From contig JBHOTF010000003.1 in the NCBI GenBank assembly GCA_042584005.1, positions 10,652 to 74,651 on the forward strand: a stretch of 64,000 nucleotides of DNA, read 5' to 3'. A program made the position numbers and the translations under genes. Below the pieces are notes generated by a model. That model searched no databases. It saw nothing but the letters and a program-made list of their open reading frames with translations, and had not been told where the DNA came from. Shown here one piece after another: positions 1 through 8,691 of this stretch (positions are counted from its first letter, which is position 1; each line of letters starts with the position of its first letter). Source of the DNA: Bacteroidota bacterium. GTDB lineage: Bacteria > Bacteroidota > Bacteroidia > Bacteroidales > JBHOTF01.

Positions 1-808
1 TATAATTTTTTAATCCATAAATTGGAAAGCCGTCAAATAGAATTAGGCTATGGCCTGCATAACTTCCCCAGATTACCAGATCGTTTGTTTGTTCACCTGC
101 TGCGAGGATGCCTGGTTGTAACCTAAGCAGGTTAATTACAGAATTATCACCAAAACCAGGAAGAAAAGTTGCAATTTTATGATTGAGTTTTATTACTCCG
201 GGCTGTTGTCCTATCTGAGTAGATTTTTCAATCTTTTTATCCATAATAACTATCTCTGTCAGACCGATTGATGATGGTTGAAGAAAAAATTGCTGATTAT
301 TCCCTTCATTAATCAGAGTGTCGAGTAAATAATACCCAAGATGAGAAACCTTTAAAGAAAAAACACTGTCGGAAGAAGAACTAAAAACAAAACTACCATT
401 CATATCTGTAGATATGTTTTGATCATTAATGGTGACATGAGAATATGGTAATGGTTCAAGACTTTCTGTTTCGAGAACCTGACCATTAAGATAATATGGC
501 CCTGGTTGTTGATCTTTTTGAGAAGAATAGATAATAAAAACCCCTTCTTTTTTTTCATAATTCAATGGAAAACCACTAAGAAGTTCTTTAAGGGCCTTAT
601 CTGGTGAAGAGAAAGTTTTGGATATACTTACATTATATTTCGATAAAAGATGATCGTTAAAAGAGTACTGAATATTATAGATATTCCATATTTCAATTAA
701 TACAGTGTTAAGTGGCGAATTTTGAACATCAACTTTTATTTCCTGTGAGTAGGTGCAAAAAAACACAGACATCAAACTAATAAAAAAAGTTAATATTTTT
801 TTTCTCAC
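1..808 (-). CDS. TonB-dependent receptor, N-terminal part (STN + carboxypeptidase-regulatory-like + plug); the rest of the gene lies beyond the window edge
   Basis: Not in the ORF track; hand-translated on the minus strand from GTG 808 (alternative ATG 772). MRKKILTFFISLMSVFFCTYSQEIKVDVQNSPLNTVLIEIWNIYNIQYSFNDHLL (STN-like); YYLNGQVLETESLEPLPYSHVTINDQNISTDMNGSFVF (CarboxypepD_reg-like); GDNSVINLLRLQPGILAAGEQTNDLVIWGSYAGHSLILFDGFPIYG (plug). Sits 4 nt downstream of the FecR gene. Confidence 0.85.
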   Translation of the reverse strand, partial: MRKKILTFFISLMSVFFCTYSQEIKVDVQNSPLNTVLIEIWNIYNIQYSFNDHLLSKYNVSISKTFSSPDKALKELLSGFPLNYEKKEGVFIIYSSQKDQQPGPYYLNGQVLETESLEPLPYSHVTINDQNISTDMNGSFVFSSSSDSVFSLKVSHLGYYLLDTLINEGNNQQFFLQPSSIGLTEIVIMDKKIEKSTQIGQQPGVIKLNHKIATFLPGFGDNSVINLLRLQPGILAAGEQTNDLVIWGSYAGHSLILFDGFPIYGLKNY

Positions 809-812
809 AATA

Positions 813-1679
813 TCAGTTTTGGCTTATGTGGTATTCATTATCTGACTTTTTTACAAAAGTAAAATCAAAAGGTATACATACCAAATCCAAAACTTCTTCA
901 ATAGATTTATTTTTAGAAAAGAAACCTGTATAATACAGGTCTTTATTAATATTGTTTGTAATAGTGATATTATACTGACGTTCTATTTCTTTGATTGCCT
1001 GAATAATAGGATGTGAAGAAAAAATAAACATATTATTTGTCCAGGAAACAGATATGTCGGATTTAATATCTGATGAAACTGTAATTTCACCTGTGTTCTT
1101 AATTTCAGCAAGATTATTTGGACCTATCACTGCTGATTTATTTGTTAAAGAAACTACCTTGACACTTCCGCTAATGCATGTAACTTTATACTGATCATCG
1201 CGCGAGTAAATATTAAAACTTGTTCCCAAAACAATTGTTGTTCCAATTTCTGAACTAACCTTAAATTTTTCTCCCTTTGCAACATTAAAGAAACCTTCAC
1301 CTTCAAAATTCACCTGACGTGAAAGGGGCCACCATAAAGGGTTATATTTGAGGGTTGATTGAGCATTAAGTTCCACCAATGAATTGTCTGGTAATAATGC
1401 ACTAATATGCTCGCCCTTTGGACACACTATGGTTTTTGTATAAAAGCGGAGGAAGGCAGTAATTGAAATAAGTACAAGAAAGATAGCGGCAACTCTAAAA
1501 AATAATCTGTAAGGTTTCAGAATAATTTTTTTATCAGGATTTTTATCCAGCTTTGATGATAATTTTTCCCAGATTTCTTCTTTACTGGCTTTATATTCAA
1601 TGCCGGCTTTGGAAAAAAAATCATCAGCATCTTTCTCCTGCTTAGATCTCAAATCAATATGTTTATTTTTTTGTTTCAT
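813..1679 (-). CDS. FecR-family anti-sigma factor / transmembrane sensor
   Basis: 288 aa with one central TM segment (FFRVAAIFLVLISITAFL). FecR-like periplasmic domain (LPDNSLVELNAQSTLKY..FEGEGFFNVAKGEKFKV..TIVLGTSFNIY). Start overlaps the sigma gene stop by 1 nt. Confidence 0.9.
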   Translation of the reverse strand: MKQKNKHIDLRSKQEKDADDFFSKAGIEYKASKEEIWEKLSSKLDKNPDKKIILKPYRLFFRVAAIFLVLISITAFLRFYTKTIVCPKGEHISALLPDNSLVELNAQSTLKYNPLWWPLSRQVNFEGEGFFNVAKGEKFKVSSEIGTTIVLGTSFNIYSRDDQYKVTCISGSVKVVSLTNKSAVIGPNNLAEIKNTGEITVSSDIKSDISVSWTNNMFIFSSHPIIQAIKEIERQYNITITNNINKDLYYTGFFSKNKSIEEVLDLVCIPFDFTFVKKSDNEYHISQN

Positions 1680-2212
1680 TAATCTATTAGTTCCTTTTTT
1701 AAAAAGGTAAGAGCCAGATTCATTCTCTTTTCTATTGCTTTGACACTTAGCCCAATTGCTTCTGCAATTTCATGATATTTCAAATTTTCTAATCTGCTCA
1801 TTAAAAATACTGTTCTTTGTTTTTCAGGCATTTGTTGTAATGCCTTATTATATTTATTATTCAGTTCTTTGAACCTTAATTCATCTTCCGGACTGTTAGA
1901 TGATTCTTCGCTTTTTATATTTAATTGAAAGTTAAGTGCAAGCTTTTTTCTCCGATAATTACTTACAAAGAGATTGGAGGCAATTTTATATAAGAGGGCA
2001 GAGGGATTATCAGCATTGAAATTAATTTTTTTTTCCCATATACGCATAAATGTATCTTGTGCAATATCAGTAGCAAGATCCTTATCACCTGAACGATAAA
2101 AAATATAATTTCTCACTGAATCAAAATGATTATCAAACAATTTTTTAAACTTCTCCTGTGTCAACTCAATAATTTTTTTGTACAGATATATGTAAAAGTA
2201 CAAAGAAAACAA
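1679..2212 (-). CDS. ECF-type RNA polymerase sigma-70 factor
   Basis: Region 2 (DIAQDTFMRIWEK) and region 4 HTH (QRTVFLMSRLENLKYHEIAEAIGLSVKAIEKRM). The ORF opens with TTG at 2212, so the exact start is uncertain. Confidence 0.88.
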   Translation of the reverse strand: MFSLYFYIYLYKKIIELTQEKFKKLFDNHFDSVRNYIFYRSGDKDLATDIAQDTFMRIWEKKINFNADNPSALLYKIASNLFVSNYRRKKLALNFQLNIKSEESSNSPEDELRFKELNNKYNKALQQMPEKQRTVFLMSRLENLKYHEIAEAIGLSVKAIEKRMNLALTFLKKELID

Positions 2213-2259
2213 TGGAAAAAAGAAAGCCCCGGAATTTTATATTCCGGGGTAAATTAAAA

Positions 2260-3303
2260 CTATATTCCTCCATTTCCACCTCTTCCACCATGGCCACCGT
2301 TTCCACCATGACCACCGTTTCCACCCTGGCCACCATTTGCGCCCTGGCCACCGTTTCCACCCTGGCCACCGTTTCCACCCTGACCACCGTTTCCACCCTG
2401 GCCACCATTTCTTCTCTGGCCCAAAATCATTTCAAAGGTTTCGCCATCTTTTGTAACAAGAATTATATTATCACATTCTCCCTGTCCATAATCAATAGTT
2501 GTTGTTGTTTCACCATTAGCACTGAATGTTACAACACCCTGAACAATATACCTGCAGGTGCCTGTTTTAACAAGTGCCTCAGTTATAAGCTTCTGTAATT
2601 CTTCACCTTCCTCATTAATGGTTGTTGAATTACCAGTTATGTGAATAATATCATCTATTGGATCGAATTCTGTTTCTATACCTGAAACCCATTGTCTGAT
2701 CTTACTGGAAGTTCTACTTAATGTTGAGCCATCTGCAAATGTGTACATCAGGTTGCTTGATGAAGAAAAACTTCGGGTTGTCAAATTATCACCTATAAAA
2801 GTCATTAACTTGTTTCCTGAAATATTTACTAAATCAACGAAAAAGTCCTCATAAGTTATTTCTCTTGTTCCGCCATCGGTGAACATTGGGTCGGAAATAT
2901 AAATAATGATTTTTCCTTTCAATATCCGGCCATTATTCAACTCTGTTCCATCTCCATAGTCTAATGTTATTGTTTTAGGATACACATTATCTGTAGAGTC
3001 AAACATTATATTGGGACATTCTTCCATATTGTATCTCCCACCAAATGATGAAGCTCCTCCCATTTGTCCATTTCTTCTGTTCATGCCAGATTCATAAGTT
3101 CCGCATAAAGGAGCAGTAAAAAAATCTATCTCATAATCGACGAGTTCAATAGCATCTTCAATAGCAGCATCTTTCAAAATGTAAGCTTCCCCACTGGAAG
3201 CAAAAGGATTTTCGTTTAATATTTGATCCATTTGTCCAGATTTTTGGCATCCAACAGATATTAGTGCCAAAACAAAAACTGATAATATTAATTTTCTAGT
3301 CAT
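2260..3303 (-). CDS. Hypothetical lipoprotein with a C-terminal Gly/Asn/Gln-rich repeat tail
   Basis: Signal peptide plus lipobox Cys (MTRKLILSVFVLALISVGCQ). The last 49 aa are (GGNGGQ)n-type repeats. I recognise no family for the body. Confidence 0.7.
   Translation of the reverse strand: MTRKLILSVFVLALISVGCQKSGQMDQILNENPFASSGEAYILKDAAIEDAIELVDYEIDFFTAPLCGTYESGMNRRNGQMGGASSFGGRYNMEECPNIMFDSTDNVYPKTITLDYGDGTELNNGRILKGKIIIYISDPMFTDGGTREITYEDFFVDLVNISGNKLMTFIGDNLTTRSFSSSSNLMYTFADGSTLSRTSSKIRQWVSGIETEFDPIDDIIHITGNSTTINEEGEELQKLITEALVKTGTCRYIVQGVVTFSANGETTTTIDYGQGECDNIILVTKDGETFEMILGQRRNGGQGGNGGQGGNGGQGGNGGQGANGGQGGNGGHGGNGGHGGRGGNGGI
2263..2409. repeat. Tandem 18-bp (GGNGGQ-coding) repeat, about 8 units, inside the 3' end of the lipoprotein gene
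   Basis: Plus strand reads ccaccgtttccaccctggccaccgtttccaccctg... repeatedly. Encodes NGGQGGNGGQGGNGGQGGNGGQGANGGQGGNGGHGGNGGHGGRGGNGGI on the minus strand. Confidence 0.9.
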
Positions 3304-3439
3304 AATAAATAATTTAAGTTGTTACTGAATATAAACCGCACGAAAATGAGTTTACCCTACTTTTAGGCCAAATATAAATCCACTGTGTGGAAATTGTGTG
3401 ATATCTAATCTTACAATTATGGATTATCTTATAAAAATA

Positions 3440-3447
3440 TATCTTTG
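3440..3447 (+). promoter_or_regulatory. Bacteroidota-type -7 promoter box (TATCTTTG)
   Basis: Matches TAnnTTTG and is followed by CAG, as at the other boxes in this window. Lies 28 nt upstream of ATG 3475. It argues against the TTG 3445 start shown in the ORF track. Confidence 0.55.
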
Positions 3448-3474
3448 CAGTCAAATTTATATGAATTTAATAAA

Positions 3475-4209
3475 ATGAAAATGAAAAACTCTGCGTTTAT
3501 GAAATATTTCTTACCAGCTGCACTTTTGCTGATAATAGTTTTTACTGTGATAATATCAACCAGGGACATGAAAAACCCGAAAAGTAATTTAGAGGGCACA
3601 CATGAGGTAATTGTGGAAGAGGTTATACAAACTCAGGCTTATACTTATTTAATGGTATCCGAAAACAAAAGTAACTATTGGATGGCTGTCGCCAAACAAC
3701 CTGCGGCTGTTGGAGATAAATTCAATTATACCTCTGCACTTGAAATGGTAGATTTTAAAAGCAAGGAACTTGATCGTACTTTTGATATTATCTATTTTGT
3801 TCAAAATATCCAACGCAATATGAACGGACAATCCGGACAGGAAGTCTCCATGCCGTCAATGAAAAAATCAATGATTCCCTTTGATGCGAATAATCAGATT
3901 GAGACTCCTCAAGACGGGATTTCGATCAGTCAATTGTTTGAAAATCGAAAAAAGTATGCAAATCAGACGATTAAAATAATGGGGAAGGTGGTTAAGGTTA
4001 ACGACGATATCATGGGTAGAAATTGGGTTCATATTCAGGATGGAACACAATCGAATGGAAATTATGACCTTACACTTACTACCATGGAAACTGTACAGGT
4101 TGGCGATACTTTAACTTTTGAAGGTACTGTTTCTCTTGACAAAGATTTTGGATCAGGATATACTTACGATGTTATTATTGAAAATGCCGTATTGAAAAAT
4201 TCTCCTTAA
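3475..4209 (+). CDS. Hypothetical membrane-anchored or secreted protein with two OB-fold-like repeats
   Basis: Start chosen at MKMKNSAFMKYFLPAALLLIIVF (signal/anchor). There is an internal duplication: AYTYLMVSE..YWMAVAKQPAAVGDKF versus NWVHIQDG..VQVGDTLTFEG..GSGYTYDVIIENA. Stop lies 3 nt before the next gene. Confidence 0.65.
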   Translation: MKMKNSAFMKYFLPAALLLIIVFTVIISTRDMKNPKSNLEGTHEVIVEEVIQTQAYTYLMVSENKSNYWMAVAKQPAAVGDKFNYTSALEMVDFKSKELDRTFDIIYFVQNIQRNMNGQSGQEVSMPSMKKSMIPFDANNQIETPQDGISISQLFENRKKYANQTIKIMGKVVKVNDDIMGRNWVHIQDGTQSNGNYDLTLTTMETVQVGDTLTFEGTVSLDKDFGSGYTYDVIIENAVLKNSP

Positions 4210-4211
4210 GT

Positions 4212-5702
4212 ATGAAAAAACCTCTGATAGAAGTTCTTGACAAAGAGGTAATTACAACAGCAAAGCCTCATCTTGGCCTAATTCTTATTACGGGAGCAAC
4301 AGGCTATATAGGTGGACGACTTGTCCCATTATTAGTAGAACGAGGATATAAAATAAGAATATTAGTAAGAGGCAACCAAGAGGAATATAAAAGGCGTTGG
4401 CCAGAAGTAGAAGTTTTTACCGGAGATACTCTTCAGCCTGAAACTCTTGAAAAGCTTATGCAAGGTGTTAATACTGCCTATTATTTAATTCATTCCTTAT
4501 TACATGGCCCGTCTGTTTTTGAAACTGCAGATATCCAGTCGGCTAAAAACTTCAGAGAGGCTGCAGTTAAGGCAAATATTAAACATATAATTTATCTTGG
4601 GGGACTTGGTGATACAGGAACAAAATTATCCCGACATTTAAGAAGCAGAAGTCATGTTGCTGAGGAGCTTGATAAATCTGAAATCCCGGTAACAATTCTC
4701 AGAGCTGCAGTTATTATTGGTTCCGGAAGTGCATCATATGAAATGATTGAACATCTTGTGAAATCTTTGCCTTTCTTTATTGTTCCAAAATGGGTAAATA
4801 CCAGATGTCAGCCTATTAGTATTCGCGATGTATTAAAATACCTGATTGGAGTTCTTGAAAAAGAGGATGCAATGGGAAGAAAGCTTGATATTGGGGGTAA
4901 TGATATTTTCACTTACAAAGAAATGCTGGAAATATTTGCCAGAGTTCTGAACAAAAAAAGGGTCTTCATTCAGATCCCAATAAATAACATTTCAATATAT
5001 TCTTATATTGCAAGTTTAGTAACTCCTGTTCCTGAAAATGTAGGCAGATGTTTACTTGAAGGAGGACGAAATGATGTTGTTTGTATTGATAATTCAATAA
5101 AAAGCTTAATCCCATTTGAAACAATTGACTATAAAACGGCAATACTTCTTGCATTGACCAGAGAGGAACAAGACAGGATTTCCACAAGATGGACTGATGC
5201 ATACCCGCCGGCACATGATCTGGCACTAAAACTGGATGAACTTTCTATTCCGGCTCGCTATCAGTATAACTATTCATTAAAAAGTTCAAAAACTCCTTCA
5301 GAACTGTTTAAATCTATTTGTAAAATAGGTGGTAAAACAGGATGGTTTCGTACCAATTGGATATGGAGCCTCAGGGGAATGTTGGATAGATTATTACTGG
5401 GCACGGGAGATTCAAGAAGAGGCGTAAATATTTCAAATCTCAGGGTAAATGATGTTATAGATTTTTGGAGAGTAGAAGATATAAAACAAAATGAATCCCT
5501 GCTGCTAAGAGCTGAAATGAAATTGCATGGAAAAGCCTGGCTGCAATTGACTATTAAAACAGAAGGGAATGATAGTTATATAAGTGTCTCTGCCTTTTAT
5601 CAACCTAATGGATTTTTTGGTATTATGTACTGGCATACTTTTTTACCTTTCCAGAATTTAATTTTTAATGATCTTATAAGAAGCATAGAAAAAAGTGCTT
5701 AA
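4212..5702 (+). CDS. NAD(P)-binding SDR/NmrA-like oxidoreductase with a C-terminal DUF2867-like domain
   Basis: Rossmann motif ILITGATGYIGGRLVPLLVERGYKIRILVR. C-terminal LLLRAEMKLHGKAWLQLTI is typical of DUF2867. Confidence 0.8.
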   Translation: MKKPLIEVLDKEVITTAKPHLGLILITGATGYIGGRLVPLLVERGYKIRILVRGNQEEYKRRWPEVEVFTGDTLQPETLEKLMQGVNTAYYLIHSLLHGPSVFETADIQSAKNFREAAVKANIKHIIYLGGLGDTGTKLSRHLRSRSHVAEELDKSEIPVTILRAAVIIGSGSASYEMIEHLVKSLPFFIVPKWVNTRCQPISIRDVLKYLIGVLEKEDAMGRKLDIGGNDIFTYKEMLEIFARVLNKKRVFIQIPINNISIYSYIASLVTPVPENVGRCLLEGGRNDVVCIDNSIKSLIPFETIDYKTAILLALTREEQDRISTRWTDAYPPAHDLALKLDELSIPARYQYNYSLKSSKTPSELFKSICKIGGKTGWFRTNWIWSLRGMLDRLLLGTGDSRRGVNISNLRVNDVIDFWRVEDIKQNESLLLRAEMKLHGKAWLQLTIKTEGNDSYISVSAFYQPNGFFGIMYWHTFLPFQNLIFNDLIRSIEKSA

Positions 5703-5769
5703 AATTTGGATGAACAAAAATGATGGGTGCTAAATGCCCCCCCCCTACATACCCTAAAAACAATTACAA

Positions 5770-6894
5770 TTATTTTCCGCTTATCTTATGGAAATACTGT
5801 AAAAATGCTTCAAACTGAACTTTTTTGTCGAATTTTTCTACCATCTGAAGTCGACCATTATCACCCATCTGTTTCATTTTTTCAACATCCGAACATAAAT
5901 TTAATATAGCTTTTGCAAGTTCATCTTTATTGCCAGGTTCGACCATAAAACCGGTTTCGCCGTTTTTAACTACCTCAGGAACACCGGCCATACGTGATGA
6001 GACAACCGGTGTATTCATCGACATTGCCTCAAGTAAAACATTTGGCAATCCTTCTTTATATAAACTTGATAAAACCAGAATATCAATTCGTTCATATATA
6101 TAAACCGGCTCGCGGGTAAATTCAAAAAAACTTACATTATCTGAAAGTCCCAATTCCTTAACTTTCTCTTTCAGCATTATTTCATCCGGGCCTTCACCAA
6201 CTAAAACCAAATGAGCATCTGGTAAATCTCCGTTTACAATAATTTTTAATGATTCCAATAAAACTGTTTGTCCTTTACGCTCTTCGTAGGTTCCAATACA
6301 ACCAATTACAGGAAAAGCATTTTCAGGTAAAATATAGCGCTTAAAAGCCTCTTTTTTTCTTTTGACATCTGAAGTAAACAATTCTACCTCTGTACCCTGA
6401 TATATCAATTCAGTGGTTTCAGCAGGTATCTTATATGTTTCGAGCATATAATTCCTGGTAAATTCTGTGATTGCGATTACTTTTAATGGTATGTTTTCAT
6501 AAGGCACATAATATTTCCTCAAATAGTTGGGAACAATAGTTCCTGATTTGGGTATTAAAATAGTTTCTAAACCAGCATCTTTAATACAGGTTCCTGCAAA
6601 TACAGAACAATGAAAACTTTGACGTGGTGGATGTACTGTGCAAACAGCGACATCGCATAAGCTAAGAGTTTCTGTCCATATTTTTTTATTTTCATCATCC
6701 TCACTTATAACTTTATCATAATCGTAAGTGTGGACCTCAGCTCCTGCCTCATTACAAATTTTTGCTGTCCAACTTCCTTCAGGAGCAAGAATAATTACAT
6801 TTTCTCCTTTATTTAAAAAAAATTGTGTTGCTTCGGTTACCCAAATCTGAGTCCCACCGCGTAGAGGTGTATCTTCAATAAATCCTATATTCAT
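5770..6894 (-). CDS. Glycosyltransferase family 4 (GT-B, group 1)
   Basis: C-terminal GT4 signature SSLYKEGLPNVLLEAMSMNTPVVSSRMAGVPEVVKNGETGFMVEP. Start lies 5 nt after the upstream gene stop. Confidence 0.88.
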   Translation of the reverse strand: MNIGFIEDTPLRGGTQIWVTEATQFFLNKGENVIILAPEGSWTAKICNEAGAEVHTYDYDKVISEDDENKKIWTETLSLCDVAVCTVHPPRQSFHCSVFAGTCIKDAGLETILIPKSGTIVPNYLRKYYVPYENIPLKVIAITEFTRNYMLETYKIPAETTELIYQGTEVELFTSDVKRKKEAFKRYILPENAFPVIGCIGTYEERKGQTVLLESLKIIVNGDLPDAHLVLVGEGPDEIMLKEKVKELGLSDNVSFFEFTREPVYIYERIDILVLSSLYKEGLPNVLLEAMSMNTPVVSSRMAGVPEVVKNGETGFMVEPGNKDELAKAILNLCSDVEKMKQMGDNGRLQMVEKFDKKVQFEAFLQYFHKISGK

Positions 6895-6899
6895 AATAT

Positions 6900-8666
6900 T
6901 TAAATTGTTTGCTTATCAAATTTAGTTAACAAATCCCTCAAATTAGCATCCATTACATCTTCACTATAACGTTGGTGTACAGCTTTACGATTTTGTTTAT
7001 TGACCTCAATATTTTTTTCAGGGAAAAGTAACAAATCAGAAACAATGTTTAGAAAATCAATTGAGAATTCATTCTCAGGAAATAATGTATATTTTATTTG
7101 TTGTTCTTCATTTAAAGTTTTACCAACAACACCATCGAAAACTTCGTTTGGGAAATACCGACTGCAAATAATTGGAATCCCACCAGCGCTCGATTCTACA
7201 ATTGGCAATCCTCTTCCTTCAGTTTCACTGGGAAAAACAATTGCCGTTGCGAGTTGATATATATCGTGAATATACAAACGGTTAAATCCTTTTTTAGCAA
7301 AAACACTATGTTCTTCTGTACCTACTGAAAAAGCTAAAAATAAACGATTGGAAACTGATTCCGGCAGCTTCCCGCACACATCAATAAATGTTTTTAGAAT
7401 AACTTCCAGATCATATTGATGTTCGATAGGTACAGGACCTGTGATATGCAAAATGATCTGTTTTTCCGGATTATTATCAAATTCTTTTCTGAAATACTGA
7501 TGTTGTAAAAGTGCTTCAATCAATTCAATATCCTTTTTTATTCTTTTCCGTCCTATTATTCGTGTAGGTTGTAACAGGTATATAGTATTATCATTTGTAG
7601 GATCAAGTATCAGGTTTTCAGAATAAGCACAGACTATAGGTTTTTGATTCGACATCCAATGTTCAAGATTTTCGAGATGCTTATTCACCGATTGTGGAAG
7701 AATCAACGAATGGCCATCAGATAATATATGTGCCATTCGAAAACGAATTGATTGTACATCTTCACTGGTATAATTAGTGAAAAAATCGTCACTAATAGAA
7801 GTAGCAAGCTCAAATACTTTTTCTGAATCGAAATTATATTTGTTTATTAATTTATCTGATTGAAGTTTATTGATATTTGTTTGAATCCATTTTTTACCAT
7901 TCCAGGGATATAACTTTTCGAAAAACATGAAAAAATCCTGATTATTGTAGTTTTTGAAAAAATGATCTCTTGGGCCGGGCCTTTCACCCGGTTTTTTCTC
8001 TAATGCTGGTTTTCCTCCCTCCCAGTAATAATCGTGATTGGAATTCAAAACATATAAATCCATTAGTTCAGTAACCAGAGGAATACATAAACCAAGTGCC
8101 AGATTTCCAGGGTTTGAGCATATATTTACCGGAATTAAAAGATGGATATTATTATCAGCCAAATATTTCCCCAGCCGCTTACTTAAGGAAACTGCTTGTT
8201 CCCAAATTTCTAAAGCCAGATTGTCTGATTCTTTGCTGTTTTGTGGCATATCTTCATTAAACAGGCGATTGTACCAAATTGCATTTTCCCATTTTCCCCA
8301 ACCGTTGGAGCCTGAAAGTTTAAACCGTTTCCATTCCGGTTTAATCACAGTATCCGCTTGTGAATAAAAGTCACCACCGATAAAATGTATTTTAGGCTCA
8401 GCATTTTTGAATACAAAATTTTGCAAACTCATGGCATATTTTGACATTTCAATTGAAACACCATCTATGCCATAGTCGTAAGTTATAAATGCAATTCCGT
8501 TTTTTATATCATTTATTGAAGAGTTTATTACCCCTGTATGAGGGCTTAGCGATTGATTTTTTATTAGCATTAATAAATCATCAATATCTTTCCAATTTTT
8601 AGGATAAAACTTTTCAAGTTTACTGATCATTTGATTATACAATACGCTTTTGTTGTTTGCTTGCAT
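6900..8666 (-). CDS. Atypical long glycosyltransferase-like protein (GT-B C-terminal half, uncharacterised N-terminal ~400 aa)
   Basis: 588 aa. C-terminal FPSETEGRGLPIVESSAGGIPIICSRYFPNEVFDGVVG resembles the GT4 E-x7-E region. I do not recognise the N-terminal part (ITYDYGIDGVSIEMSKYA...). Confidence 0.6.
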   Translation of the reverse strand: MQANNKSVLYNQMISKLEKFYPKNWKDIDDLLMLIKNQSLSPHTGVINSSINDIKNGIAFITYDYGIDGVSIEMSKYAMSLQNFVFKNAEPKIHFIGGDFYSQADTVIKPEWKRFKLSGSNGWGKWENAIWYNRLFNEDMPQNSKESDNLALEIWEQAVSLSKRLGKYLADNNIHLLIPVNICSNPGNLALGLCIPLVTELMDLYVLNSNHDYYWEGGKPALEKKPGERPGPRDHFFKNYNNQDFFMFFEKLYPWNGKKWIQTNINKLQSDKLINKYNFDSEKVFELATSISDDFFTNYTSEDVQSIRFRMAHILSDGHSLILPQSVNKHLENLEHWMSNQKPIVCAYSENLILDPTNDNTIYLLQPTRIIGRKRIKKDIELIEALLQHQYFRKEFDNNPEKQIILHITGPVPIEHQYDLEVILKTFIDVCGKLPESVSNRLFLAFSVGTEEHSVFAKKGFNRLYIHDIYQLATAIVFPSETEGRGLPIVESSAGGIPIICSRYFPNEVFDGVVGKTLNEEQQIKYTLFPENEFSIDFLNIVSDLLLFPEKNIEVNKQNRKAVHQRYSEDVMDANLRDLLTKFDKQTI

Positions 8667-8691
8667 ATATTAATTTTAAATAGCGATTTTA

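Noticed and set aside
2166-2598. Track ORFs 2166-2408 (-) and 2212-2598 (+) with repetitive VETV / ATVST peptides
   Set aside because: They are alternative-frame and antisense readings of the 18-bp GGNGGQ repeat inside the 2260-3303 lipoprotein gene. They have no independent start context or signal.
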